Source of the DNA: Lepidodermella squamata
Taxonomy: Eukaryota; Animalia; Gastrotricha
Length of the DNA stretch: 64,000 nt
Direction of reading: 5' to 3'
Assembly (NCBI GenBank): GCA_047495785.1
Contig: JBLDXI010000032.1
Coordinates: 3,968,001 to 4,032,000 of the forward strand
The position numbers and the translations under genes were made by a program. Under the pieces are notes generated by a model. That model was not told the DNA's origin and made no database searches. It saw nothing but the letters and a program-made list of their open reading frames with translations. Shown here one piece after another: positions 9,645-21,813 of this stretch (position 1 is the first letter of the stretch; the number at the start of each line of letters is the position of its first letter).

Positions 9645-10531
9645 TGGCTGAATAAATAACAAAGAAACGCCTTTTTGACGAGGAAGAGGTCATCTGGAAG
9701 CTAGTACACTGGTCGAGGTAAACAGGAAGGTGGCTACGCGCCTAATCTGATGCGGAGGTAACGCATTTTTCTTCACACCTCAGTAAGAGCGTGGCCTGCC
9801 GAGTGGAAAGCTCATTGTGTTTTTTTCAATTTTCAATTTTCCTTGTCGGCCATAGTTGAGTTTCTCTTTATTTCCACCCGAAATAACCCAGACGCTACGT
9901 CACATGAACACAGAGTATTAGACTGAAGCTTAATGTCAGTTTCGCTGTATATATTTGGCTCAATAAGCTAGCCGAAAATCCACACTAATAACACGGGTCC
10001 CTTTTTTACCTGATGCGTCCTGAAAGCAATCTAATAGATCGAACAAGGGCATATTGTTATGGTATCGATTTATTGATCGCGAAAAAGCCATTAATTATGA
10101 ATATCCACAAATATCGATCGGCGATCAATAATTACGCGTAAACGACGTGGCTCACAAGATTAAAAGCTCAATGCCTGGTCATTTTATTCAATTGAACAAA
10201 ATGTGAAAAGCACCGCAGCCGAATCGAGAATTCAGCTGTACAGGTTCTGTTACAGCGCCAAAGATTTTCTTGAATTTTACACCTTCATGAGCATTTTGGC
10301 ACCGATAAACTATTTGAATAGGGCTTGATCTGTGGCTGTGCTATCTGGTCCTTTGTGTCTAAGTGGGAGGTCTGAGATAAGCGTCTTATAGGCGAGGTTC
10401 TACGTATAGCTGAGATAGTCAAGATTACGTGTTCACAAAAAGGTCGCGTGCCCAAACTTATGCCTTTATTTCTTATTTTAAACAGTTCATTTTTTATTAT
10501 AAATTGTGTCAATTAGTTTCTGCGTGGAGGA

Positions 10532-11413
10532 ATGACGTGCCACCAGGCTCATAATATACCATGGCAAAACTTGGTCGAATGCTACGGTATCAACGATAAG
10601 TTGCAAGCAATGTCCATGGGACCTAAATCGCCTGGCTTCAAGGAATTCACTGAACCACTTCGCAAGAAATTGGCGCATTTTGTCAAGTGTTTTCAGTCAA
10701 CAGTCGATAATTTTGCCGAAACGGAGCGAAAGAAATTCTCTGGCGAAGAGCTAGCCAATTTAAATCTGAATGACCGTCCTCTTTACTCAGACGAAGACCT
10801 GGTCACTCCATTCAGATCGCGATACATTGATAGAATTTCCGACGACTTCAAAAAACTGTCTTACTGGAAGCAGGAGAACTTGAACAAGGAAATCGCAGCT
10901 CAAATCGTGAAAATTTTTATTGGAAACAACAATCTTCTACCTCTGATGCGCTTAGCAAAGGCTGGGGTTGATCTGAACGCGCTAGGCTGGGTAACTTACA
11001 GCAACTTTTTCCACTACGGCGCTAAGCGAATTCTAGAAGATTCACTCCAGCTCTATTTACACACCAATCTAGCAATCGCCAAGGCTACCGTCGACTCATT
11101 CACTCGCGAAGGTTTCCATCCGGAAATGGGGGCCTTTATTCGATCGGAAATACAGAGCGGCTCTGATTACGACACTCAGTTGGAACTGTTTTTCAGGCCA
11201 CATTTCGAGCCGGAATTGGGCGTGTTCCGCGGCGAGACTGCAGCTGAGAAGACTGAAGCAGCCCGGAAACTGATTCACGAATCTTTCCGCATGATTTACC
11301 AGTACGCCATGATAGCGAAAGAATGCGGCAAACCGGTTGATGTTCAGAAAGAACTCACTGTTTGCCTGCGCTATTGTTTTAAACTTGAGAAATTGACCCC
11401 TGAAGAATTTTGA
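10532..11413 (+). CDS. Intronless uncharacterised 293-aa protein
   Basis: Uninterrupted ORF with AATAAA just after the stop. Its 3' part is duplicated at 23157-23543. No motif recognised. Confidence 0.7.
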   Translation: MTCHQAHNIPWQNLVECYGINDKLQAMSMGPKSPGFKEFTEPLRKKLAHFVKCFQSTVDNFAETERKKFSGEELANLNLNDRPLYSDEDLVTPFRSRYIDRISDDFKKLSYWKQENLNKEIAAQIVKIFIGNNNLLPLMRLAKAGVDLNALGWVTYSNFFHYGAKRILEDSLQLYLHTNLAIAKATVDSFTREGFHPEMGAFIRSEIQSGSDYDTQLELFFRPHFEPELGVFRGETAAEKTEAARKLIHESFRMIYQYAMIAKECGKPVDVQKELTVCLRYCFKLEKLTPEEF

Positions 11414-11728
11414 ACAATAAAAATGTGACGTGGGTTAAATAATAATCAGAACAAGGCTCTTGAGATTTCATGGCGACATGAATCCGTGGGTTCGCAATGA
11501 ACCACTTCACGGAAAGCACAGGAAACTAATGCTACAGCAGTCAAAAATCAGCGTCCGAACTTTAATAATATCTGCAAATAATAACCGGAAATTGCAAAAG
11601 CTAATAAGCTTGACTGCGCCTATAAGCTGCCGTTTCCGGGTAAATTCAGTCAGGCAGGCAGATCACAACCGATTTCCTACTAAAACCACCTTTCTTCGAA
11701 TTCCACATAAATTATTTCTTTGAGAGAT

Positions 11729-12092
11729 ATGAATTTATTCGCTTGCTTTGTGATCTTAATTGTCAGTATTTTCGCGATTTTCAGCGAAGTGAGGGCCGGC
11801 AATAATGGCGCCAACAGTAGAGACCAAACCAAGGACGAAATGTCGAGTCAGTGAAACCGAAATTTGTCTATTTTCGATTCAATATTCTCTCGATTTCTTT
11901 GCAGAAATAAAAAGCAAACTCGCGAAAGACGACCCGGCTAGACTGGAGAAGATCATCTCATCAATAATCACACATCGTCGCAAAGTTCTTAAGGAACAGT
12001 GTCTGGCTCTACTGGTTCCGAGGCGTGTTTGCGAGAATCGAGAGGCAATGTATCGCTCAGGAGATCCATCTCGAAAAACCAAAAACAATTAG
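11729..12092 (+). CDS. Secreted CX9C peptide family, member 2 (exons 11729-11846, 11905-12092)
   Basis: Signal peptide MNLFACFVILIVSIFAIFSEVRA; GTCAGT..TTGCAG phase-1 intron in an A|AA codon; CLALLVPRRVCENREAMY. Confidence 0.8.
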
Positions 12093-12198
12093 GAATACTC
12101 CAGTTTTCTTAACCAAAACAATGTGGAGGTCCGAGGTGGTAGTAGTTTTATTGAAAAATTACAATAAATGGTAGGGTAGCAGTCTAGTTTCTCACCCA

Positions 12199-12282
12199 AC
12201 CAGAGTGCTCGAGTGGTTTAAGAGGTCAGACTTAAGATCTGATGGGAGTAATCCCGCGTGGGTTCGAACCCCACCTCTGGTA
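12199..12282 (+). tRNA. trnL-TAA: tRNA-Leu(TAA), copy 2
   Basis: Identical 84-nt cloverleaf; T5 terminator. Confidence 0.97.
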
Positions 12283-12344
12283 ATAGCTTTTTAGTATTTT
12301 TTTTAGTGAACTGAGGCGGGCCTACAGTTTAGTTAATCAAGTAG

Positions 12345-14764
12345 TCAGCAATGTATTTTGTAGCAGAATTCGTTGATTCGAGGACTGAAATAAAGTTTTG
12401 TTGAGACGGACAATTCACGAAAAAGTTGTGACTTACCAGCTTCGAGTGCAATCGTATGCGCAATCAGGCCTGAAACAGGCGCCTGAACCCGAACAAGCCC
12501 CTATTCCGTTCATGCACCCGTTACCAATAGCACTCCTCGCTTGAACGACAACAGGCCGCTCGGATTCTGTAATAAAGTATTAATTTGCCACAGTTGAAAA
12601 TAAATGTTGAGAAAATACTGACCGATTTCGCTTAAACTACGGTCGGTTCTCAACTCCCGCAAAATTGCCCCTCTTTGCGCTTGAATGATCGAATCGCCTG
12701 ATTTCTCATCGAATGCCGTCAAGCGGCAAGAAACATGCAGGTGGATTTCATCACGGCAATATTTCTGCTTCAACAAGTACTGATCACCTGAGCCATTGAT
12801 ATTGCCGGCTTCGAATCCGGGAATCGACCAAAGGTAGTCACCTTCGAATGACCATTCGTAACGGAATCTGATGCGATTGTTAGCAGCCGGGCATGAACAG
12901 GCCATGCATGTCAACAAGCAATCGCCTATTTCCGCTTCAGGAATAGACATCAGATTAACATCGCGAGAGTTCAAAGTTCGAACTGAGATTCTTTTAATGC
13001 TAGCATAGCTAAAATCGATTCGAAAATTGACAGTTTCAGTCGACATTGCCGGTGGTAACTCTGCAGTAAACTGTCCCTGGTACTTGCATTGGCAGTTTTC
13101 GATGAAGTCAAGACATGTCTGCTTCGACGATGAATAAATCGATCGGAACCCTATTTGATCAGTATTTGATCGAGCTGAGAAATATGGCTCGGTAGACTTG
13201 AAAGCTACGAGTTTTTGATTGCTAACCAACTTGGGCTTGAGATTTCGCGATTTCGTGGCATTCAGCATTGAACCATTTGAAAATCGAATTGTAGGCGTCA
13301 CAAACATCGAGCTTTCGCAGTTGTCAAATCCGCCGAATTTTGTGACAGGTTTGCTCGTGAAGAAAAATTTCCGATATTTGCCTTGACCTGTCGGAATCAG
13401 CCGAAGTTTCAGACTGTAGTCATTTCCGACTTCGTATTGCAAAGTTTTCCCGTTATACCAAGTAAAAAACAACTTCATGTCGGTAACTTCCAGTAATTTG
13501 CGGGAATCTGCACTTGTGGCATTGCTTTGATTTATTAGCGGCGGGATTGCTAAATGGCTGAAAGAGACATTAAAAGTCGCTCGATCGTCTTCAATATCTT
13601 CGACAGTTTTCAGAATTAAATCGCCGGTGATGGATTTAATCTGTGGACAAGCTGGTTTTGAAACGCTGTAAATGTATCGACGTTCCAGAGGGAAGTCGCT
13701 GAAAATATGAATTAGAAGTTGAAGCTGTTAAATTATTAAAAATTATTAAAATTACGGATGATTTGCAACAAGACTAGAGAATTCGAGCTTAAGAGAACTT
13801 CCCAAGCTTGCTTTGACGAGAAATTGAGGTTTAATCGGCTCATGAACTGGTTCGCCACTAACTGGATGGAAATCGATTGGTTTGAAGTAACCAAAGCCGA
13901 CATGGAATTCGAACCACGGGGATTCTTTGCAAGTTTGAAGGTTGAATCTACCAGTAAAACGCTTTTCAGCCGACTTGACCAGACTTTCGCCGGTGGAAAC
14001 AGATTCCAAGGATTCGCCAAACATTACTTTTGCCACCAGAATCTCAGGCTGAACTGTTAATAATTCGGTGAATTTTGACATAATTATACTGTGGTTTTCA
14101 GTACCTTCGACGTATAGACGAGAGTAGGCCCCATTGGAGCCTCGATAATGTGTCGCTGAGCTTGAACAATGGCCGTAGTATTGGCCGTTCATAGCATAGG
14201 CATTAACGTTCTTTACTTCGAACCACGTCGTTGTCGAGTTTGATTTCATCGATTCGACTTGAATAGGATAGAGGCAGTCGCGGAAGTTTCCAACAATACA
14301 TTCGTCGTTTCGAATAGATTCGATAGAGTTAGGTTGAATAATCAGTCGGCTCACGGTAACACCCCATGAGCAAGGTGGCTGGAGGTAAAAGCTTATCGAC
14401 GCCAGCTCGCCGTAGCGAATCGATTCAGGACCATGGATTGTCAGGACTCCGAGAGTTTGATTTTGCAAAGCTGAATTGAAGGGAACATTTTAGGAAAAAA
14501 ATAGTACCAGAGGTGGGGTTCGAACCCACGCGGGATTACTCCCATCAGATCTTAAGTCTGACCTCTTAAACCACTCGAGCACTCTGGTTGGGTGATTTAC
14601 ATAAATGAAAACCCGGCTTTAGATTTATACAAGCAACAGTTAATTGAAGTAATCCCTTGTCAGTTAGGAAAAAAATTGAAAAAATGGCATTAATAAAACT
14701 TACCCCTGGCAATATTCGAAAGGCAGTAGACCACCAGTGCTAAGCTAAGAAAGCAGCGATTCAT
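12345..14764 (-). CDS. Secreted multi-Ig-like-domain protein with Cys-rich C-terminal tail (about 6 exons)
   Basis: Signal exon MNRCFLSLALVVYCLSNIAR. ORFs 13752-14468 and 12510-13478 are joined by GT-AG introns. Ig-like LTCMACSCP..YEW..VSCRLT; tail CMNGIGACSGSGACFRPDCAYDCTRSCPRINEFCYKIHC. Confidence 0.6.
14505..14588 (-). tRNA. trnL-TAA: tRNA-Leu(TAA), copy 3, in intron 1 of the Ig-like gene (sense)
   Basis: Identical cloverleaf inside intron ~14471-14704. Confidence 0.97.
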
Positions 14765-15106
14765 TTCACCTGGAATACAACGATTTTGGCTTCCCAATCA
14801 TCATCTGCAGCCTATGCGGACGATACTCATCATCGCATTCATTTTCCATTATTGTTATATCATGACTGATAGCTGCGGAAGTAGCGCAGTTCCGTTGGCA
14901 TGTGTCCAAAATAATTAATTACACCATGATAGGTTTTTACATTTCCAATCAAAGCCTTCGTGGGTTGGAATAACTCATTTTTTTACCTAAAGAGGTATTC
15001 CGTTTTTATTGCAGACATTATCTGCATTCAGTGCGCTCTCGACATGTAAGGCTTAAGACTTGAAGATTAAGCGACCAAAAGAAATAAAACAAATAAATGT
15101 GAGAGA

Positions 15107-15695
15107 ATGTACTGGCACCCAGCGCCAACATGTACCCGAAAGTGGCCTTTCAAACCTGCTCTTTTAATGCTGCAAGCATGGGCTGCAATCGCATTCCTCC
15201 TTCAACCAGGTATAGGCGCAAATAATTAACTTTTTCCAGATAATTTGGGACTTGATAAAATTTAGCCGCTGCCGTGATTTGCTATGAAGGTGCTACTCTC
15301 TCGAGCAGCGTGACGAGTAGTTTCCCGACGTGCTCTCTACCAATCGGCAGTTGCTATGTTAGAACTAGCTTTTTAATTGATTTAGAAATATAGCTTCGAT
15401 TTGCTTTCGTAGAAAAATGTGACAACAACTATTGATGGAACTTTCTTTGATCGAGGCTGCTTGACTGCCTGTTACGGTGGTCTGACCGGTTACAGCACCG
15501 CAATGAGTGTTCAGTAATTTTATATAAAATTTTCAAAAATAATATGATGAGCATTTTTTAAACAACAGAACATTTTGCTGCATTCTCGACCGATGCAACG
15601 GTGACTGCGATGTCCGATTTATCAGCCGGAGGTTTTTAATACTTGTTATGATTTTCCAATTATTGCTTAAAATTTGCCTGGCAAGGTTACAATAA
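15107..15695 (+). CDS. Ly6/uPAR three-finger protein A (4 exons; alternative start 15167)
   Basis: Spliced ..AAVICYEG..TC..GSCY|K..DRGCLTAC..TFCCILDRCN followed by a hydrophobic tail. Confidence 0.8.
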
Positions 15696-16007
15696 AAGAG
15701 ATTATTCTGGAATGGCAAATAAATTTCTACAAATTTATAACACAGGAAATATTTTTCATGGCGTTGAATTAAGCGCTCTATGCTACTTTAATGCTGTGTG
15801 TATGCTGATTAAATAAAATGTCACGCCGCACCTAAAAGACAATACGAAACAACGCGCCCAGTACAAAGCTAAGGTGTCGGTCCGAGCTTAAAATTATAAG
15901 AGCAAATAATATGACCAGGAAGTGGCCTGTGCTGTCATTAGAGAAGACAGAAAGGCGTCTTCAAGTTAGCTTTATTGCTCGCTTTTCACCAATATTACGG
16001 ATTAACA

Positions 16008-16518
16008 ATGTTGATGGTAATATTACTTGCTACGTTGTCAACCAATGTTGGAAAAGGTAAAACAGACCAAGTGCTAACAATAGATATAATTTAGTTATAT
16101 TTTCCAGTTTCCTCGGAGATCAACTGCTATTCTGGCATGATAATAGGAAATTCTCTGACTTCCCTACCCGATGAGAGATGCTCAACTAGTGGATTCTGTA
16201 CTGTAAGAATTTATTACCCTTTTGCGTTTTGATTTTACCAGCATTTTCCGTAAAATTGATCAGAAATCGGTGGTAAATGGCTTATACGCGACCTACACGA
16301 CTCGAGACTGTTCTTTGGCGTGTAGAGAAGGCAGCGTTATCGGCGCGGCGGGGAACTCGAACTACACGTATTGTTGCTCGGCGACCATGTGCAACAGCGG
16401 CTATTCATTGACAGCTATTTTACTCGCTCCATGGCCGCAATGTCACTTGACTCAGCTGACCATTGTATTGGTCTCTTTCTCGCCTATTTTCGGCTACTTC
16501 TACACAAAAATCAGTTAA
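16008..16518 (+). CDS. Ly6/uPAR three-finger protein B (3 exons)
   Basis: INCYSG..RCSTSGFCT|K..RDCSLAC..YCCSATMCN plus GPI-type tail. Confidence 0.85.
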
Positions 16519-16551
16519 AATAAATTTGACCAAAATTTAGATATTTTATTC

Positions 16552-17004
16552 ATGGTATATTTGGCATCAATAGTCCTATTAGCTTTATTGACAAATTCAG
16601 GTAGGGAATTTTTCTGTCAGCTATTTAGGATTTCTGTTCATTTTCGAATTTAGAAGCTCAAGTTATTTGTTACACTGGCACAAGTTTCAACGAAACGCCG
16701 CCTTCGACAACTTGCTATACCAGCGGATCTTGTTTTGTGAGAAGTTTGAGTCGGAATTTCGCCAAGTTATTCGAAATTTTCAATTTTTTTTTAGAAAACT
16801 ATAAATTATCGCTCGACTTATACGTCGTGGAATAGAGGCTGCGTCGTTGATTGCATTCCGGGTGAAACTTACTACAGCACAGGGGGCGGTCTTGAGACTC
16901 ACTGCTGCTCCTTGTTTTATTGCAATTCTTCCGATTCGAACCTCAATCTGAACTATACAGCGATTTTCATCTCAGTAGCGCTCGCAGCCATGAGATTTCA
17001 TTAA
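16552..17004 (+). CDS. Ly6/uPAR three-finger protein C (3 exons)
   Basis: VICYTG..TCYTSGSCF|K..RGCVVDC..HCCSLFYCN plus GPI-type tail. Confidence 0.85.
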
Positions 17005-17184
17005 ATAACGTTCACACATTATTTTGCTCACATTTCAAGTTGCGCGTGTGGCTTTCGGCCTTCTTAATCCTTTCTACAATAAAGATTTGAAGGTGTTTTA
17101 CTCAAGTGCCTTTCAAGTCCACACTCAGTGCTCTGCCCGCAATTTTCGGTACAATTTATTCCTACCGGTCAAATAAAAAATGCG

Positions 17185-17656
17185 ATGAACAGCCTTGTCA
17201 GAATCAGCCTTGCCGTGATTTTTTTCACGCTGTTCCTTTTTTCGGCTGAAGGTGAGCCGGTTTTTTGACGAAAATAATATACAATTTTTCACATTTTTTT
17301 TCAAGTCGATTGTTATGCTTATACCACATGTTACTATGGGACGGTTTACGGCAACAAAACACTTCCGCCTGCAACCTGCACAACAACCGGGTTATGTTTT
17401 GTATGAATTTGTTGCATTAATCTCCACCTTAAAAACTAAATTTTCGGTTTAGAAAATTTACCAGCCTTCCCTGAATAATTCCAACTTCCGAGGCTGTGCA
17501 TTTCAATGTACAGAAGGAAAGACTGCTCAAGCGGAATCTGGAACGGCATATCAATCGTGCTGCATATCTGACTACTGCAATCACACCTTTCGGATACAGA
17601 CAGGCTCTTTATTAATCTTTGCAGTAATATCTGTTTTTCTAGAACTCGCAACTTGA
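17185..17656 (+). CDS. Ly6/uPAR three-finger protein D (3 exons)
   Basis: TTCYYG..TCTTTGLCF|K..RGCAFQC..SCCISDYCN plus GPI-type tail. Confidence 0.85.
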
Positions 17657-18070
17657 TTCTTCAAGCATTTTTGTTTTGTCTCGACAAGAATAAACATATT
17701 CAGCTATTCTTTTGTGATAATATATCTACATATAACGGCCCTCCAAATTGGGAACAGTTGTTGCTAAAAATGAGCATAAAAAACAAAACCTGATGCACAT
17801 TATTTTGGAGAGCTTTCGAGGTAAGGAATCATTTTTTGGGCCATAATATTGCTGCATTTCATTGCAGTGCGTATAATAAATAATACCAACTATCCCATAT
17901 TATACGTCTGGGCAGATAATAAAAAAACGAAACCGCAGTCCAAGTCGATAAAAAAATGCGCGCGCTATATATCAAAAAGCGCGCAATTATATGAGGTCCG
18001 TTTGGCGGCCGCTGCTTTAACCGACCGGTCGTTACACTTTCGAAAAGGCTCATATTAACGGCTTATCGTC

Positions 18071-19973
18071 ATGGCTGCTTTTCAATGTTCGACTTTGCCT
18101 GATTCACCGGCTTTCGCTTGGATCCCACAAGACTGGATACCCTATGTCATTGGGTTCCACTGCCAAAATAGCAAAAGCATCCTAGTCTGCTTGAGTAAAC
18201 TTCCATCGAAGCCGGCTGAATTCGACGCAAGTTCAGTTTGGCGCATCAATAACGTTTCGAAGCTTCGGTTCGAGCTTGAATCGCTGCGCCGGAAACGCGT
18301 CGATGACATAATTTCCAACGGGCGTTCAAACGGCGCCGTATTTTTGACGGAAAATCAATTGCTGGCTTACGAGGGCGCAAAATTTGATCCTAGACCGGGT
18401 GAAGAAGGCAGTTCGGGGCCGAGATGCGACTGGAAAACGATCGCTAAGGTGCAGTTCTACAATTAATCAATTTGTTCTTTCATTTTTTTATAATTTTAGG
18501 AGGGCGTTATTCACGCGGCTATAAGTGAGCGCCATGGAGCTTACGTGAGCAATGAAGGAGAGCTGTGGACCTGGGGTGGCGCTTCATTGCCAGAAGAGAG
18601 CATGCTGAGACTGCTGGGTCGAACTCACGGCAACCACGATCCGGCTAAGGCTGATTTGAATTTCAAGCAGCAAATCATGTTTGTCCGAGTCGCTTGCACG
18701 CCCGACTGCACGTACGCACTGGATAATCGTGGCCAAGTCTATTCAACTTTGCTACAAAAATTTCTCAACTTTGAAGTAATTTTCGATTTAAAAAAATCCT
18801 CCTAAAATTTGTGTATTTTTTTAGGGTGATCCTGTTAATCAAATCTCAGCGGGTTACAATCACGTTTTGGCTCTAACGCATTCTGGTAAAATTTTCTCAT
18901 GGGGCGTCAACTCGTATAATCAACTTGGCTTCCAATGCTACAACGACGCCGTTACGGAGCCGAAACAAGTTCACGCGTTCAACCAACACCGCCCGGCTAT
19001 AGGCGTTGTAGCCGTTGAAAATTCATCCCTAGCTGTCGGGCATGAAGGCACGGTTTACATTTGGGGCGCTTGTAAATTGCCGAACTCAGTGGCTAACGGG
19101 AAATTACCACCGTTCAGCAAGACCCTAGTCCCAACTCCGCTCTACGATAAAAGCCTACTATCGACGTTATTCGAAGACATCAGCCACACGTGCACGCCGT
19201 GTTTGATCAAGGTAAACCGAGAGGCTATCGAGGCTAGGGTGTCGCTGAGTGATCCATGGCAACTGGATGACCCGTCGAACAGCGATTTCAAGGTCATTGT
19301 CGGGGGTCGGATCATCTATACACGCAAGGAGTTGCTTATGGAAAAATCGACGCATTTTAAATTGTTGGCGCTGAACAAAGCGTGGCAAGGAAATTCGCGG
19401 AATCAGATCGAAATCGAACACACGACTTACGAAGCTTTTCGAGGATATCTTTTCTACTTGGAACATCATCAGTTCCCAGATTGGCTGCAGGTTCATGACG
19501 CGTTCAACCTAGCCGAATTGGCCGAGTCCTACGAAGAGTACGAGTTGAAATATGAATTGTGAGCTTGAAATTCGATGAATTTATTAAAAAAATTGATTAA
19601 TCTTATTTTTAGACTTGAATGGGCTTTGCCTCGATTCTTGACAATTGAGGATGTTCTGGCTCTTTACGTTCACTCTGTTCGGATCAAAGCTCACAAAATC
19701 ACGCGCCATAGCACGAATTTTATCATCAACAATTTACCGGCCATTCTGGGAACTTCCCCGGTCGACAAGCTGCCACCAGACGCCAAAGCCCTGGCTACGA
19801 TAATTCAGACGGCTTTTCTCAGCGGCGTTCTTAAGGCTGACAGCATTGAAGACGGCGGCAGCAGCATGGATGGCGAGCCGCGTGAACTGCCCTTAATTGT
19901 ATCACGTCATCAATCTGTCAGCCAGTCTTCGCGCCGTCCTTCCAGCGTCCGATTTGACTTTAATAATAATTGA
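18071..19973 (+). CDS. RCC1 and BTB domain protein (RCBTB-like), paralog 1
   Basis: RCC1 repeats GELWTWG, GKIFSWGVNSYNQLG, GTVYIWG; BTB SDFKVIVGGRIIYTRKELL..FRGYLFYL; three short introns. Confidence 0.85.
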
Positions 19974-20288
19974 TAATAATTGATAACGCTTTTATTTATT
20001 TACCTGAGCATTACCTCCACCTTTGCCCTTTGCAAGTTATTAGGCAGCATGCAGCTCATTAGAATTTTTTGTCTTCCTAATCTGCCGTGGAAATCTATGC
20101 AGTTTATTGATTTTTTTCAAATAATTTCTGGATTTTTTTTCGTTACTCATTTAAACTGTGAGGTGAAAAATAAATTTATTTTTTTGAAGAGCTACCGCAC
20201 CTTTGTTCCAAGCTGTAATACTTTGGTGCAAGGGGCTGAGATTTCGAGGTTGTAAACAATTTGGCTGCGGACACTTTTTTCTTTAGGA

Positions 20289-21359
20289 ATGAGAGCTTTT
20301 GTAGTCGCTCTGTTGCTGGAAGTGACATTTCAATGCGAAAACACATCGCCTAAAAGGCAACAATTAGCCCTACGATGGACCACCGTAGCCAACTCATTGG
20401 CTGATTATTCGAAGCAGCAACCAGGAAATTCGCAACAATGTGGCCATAGCAAGTACTGGAATAACGGCAATTTTCCGATTGGCGAAGGAATTGTTAATGG
20501 CCAATCAGCTCGGCTACATGAATTCCCGTGGATGGCACTTCTAGAGATCGAATCTGGCATGGAATGCTCAGGGTTCGTGATTGGACCTGAGTCAGTCCTC
20601 ACAGCTGGTCATTGTTGCCCAAAGCAGGAGAGGTAGCTAAAATAGATATCTTAGCAATTGAAAATTATAGGTTGTGTTGTTGTTTAGTGGCTATGGTATT
20701 GAAGTCCTTTTAGGCGCCCATGGATTTTCGCCTAATTACACGCAGAAGCAATATGTACCACCTAGGAATATCTTTCGCCATCCCAATTTCGAATTTGTCC
20801 CGAGTGCCGATGAAACAGCTCCTAAGTCTTACGTTAACGACTTCTGTGTTATAAAATTGCCAAGTACAGTACATTTAAGCTTCCTGTAGATAGGATGATA
20901 ATTTGTCGATTTCCAGAAAAATTGAATTTCACCCAGTCGAACGATGTTCAACCAATCTGCCTGCCAAAGTCTTGCGCCGATACGTGCCAACCTGGAGAAA
21001 CTGTTCAAATAGCTGGCTGGGGTTATAAATTACTCCAAAACGATCCGGATGTATTACAAAAAGCGACTCTGCCAGTTTTGGACAACTCCGAATGCTCCGG
21101 GCTTTGGTTCAGCTCGCCAATGCCTGATAACGTCTTGTGTCTCGGTGGCATTCCCAACCGGAATCTCAATGGCAATGTCATGGGCTGTAAAGGTGACAGT
21201 GGCGGTCCGGCAATGTGCTTCAAAAACGGCTATTTTCAGGCAGATGGCGTCAATTCCTTCGGCAGCAAGGACTGCCCAGATTCGGATGATTACACACCAG
21301 CTGTTTACGGCAGAGTTTGCTACCGGCCAATTTTAAGGTGGATCAGAAGTTTCCTTTGA
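20289..21359 (+). CDS. Secreted S1 serine protease with a non-trypsin S1 pocket
   Basis: IVNG..EFPW, TAGHC, NDFC, GCKGDSGGP. Gly at the position equivalent to 189. Confidence 0.9.
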
Positions 21360-21409
21360 TGACCATGAAAACTTTGAAATAAACTAATTAGAAGGTCATT
21401 TATCACCCA

Positions 21410-21493
21410 ACCAGAGTGCTCGAGTGGTTTAAGAGGTCAGACTTAAGATCTGATGGGAGTAATCCCGCGTGGGTTCGAACCCCACCTCTGGTA
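21410..21493 (+). tRNA. trnL-TAA: tRNA-Leu(TAA), copy 4
   Basis: Identical cloverleaf; T5 terminator. Confidence 0.97.
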
Positions 21494-21547
21494 ACAATTT
21501 TTGAGGATTAGAAATAAACATTAGTCGTAAGGAGTATAAATAAAGCC

Positions 21548-21570
21548 ATTATTATTATTATTATTATTAT
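21548..21570. repeat. (ATT)7 microsatellite
   Basis: Direct reading. Confidence 0.9.
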
Positions 21571-21813
21571 AAACATTCTTAAGCTCAGTTTTATTCCGTA
21601 AAAGTGAGAAACTGATAGATATGAGGTTTTAAGGAGGATTACTTGGTATATGAGGCTTCGTCAATGCAGGAACTTGGAACGATTTTGAAGTCATCGATGG
21701 CATATAGGATCCTAATAATTAAACAATTTCAGCGTCAATGCGAGCATGTGATTTTATCTCAAGTTCCAATTTAATATATTTTTTATAATCGTAAAAAGAG
21801 ATATGATCTTGAG

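Noticed and set aside
9676-9815. U3 snoRNA-like boxes (GAGGAAGA, GAGCGTG)
   Set aside because: No box A/A', C or D at the proper spacing; likely chance.
9561-12282. Invertible segment flipped by recombination between inverted tRNA copies 1 and 2 (flipping it would mimic the gene order at 21.8-23.5 kb)
   Set aside because: Copy 5 shares both its 5' flank and its 3' ATAGCTTTTT flank with copy 2, not copy 1. This fits simple duplication rather than crossover within the tRNA.
12199-12282. Suppressor tRNA or tRNA-derived SINE
   Set aside because: Anticodon TAA reads UUA (Leu), not a stop. The copies are perfect cloverleaves with no shared body, tail or TSD.
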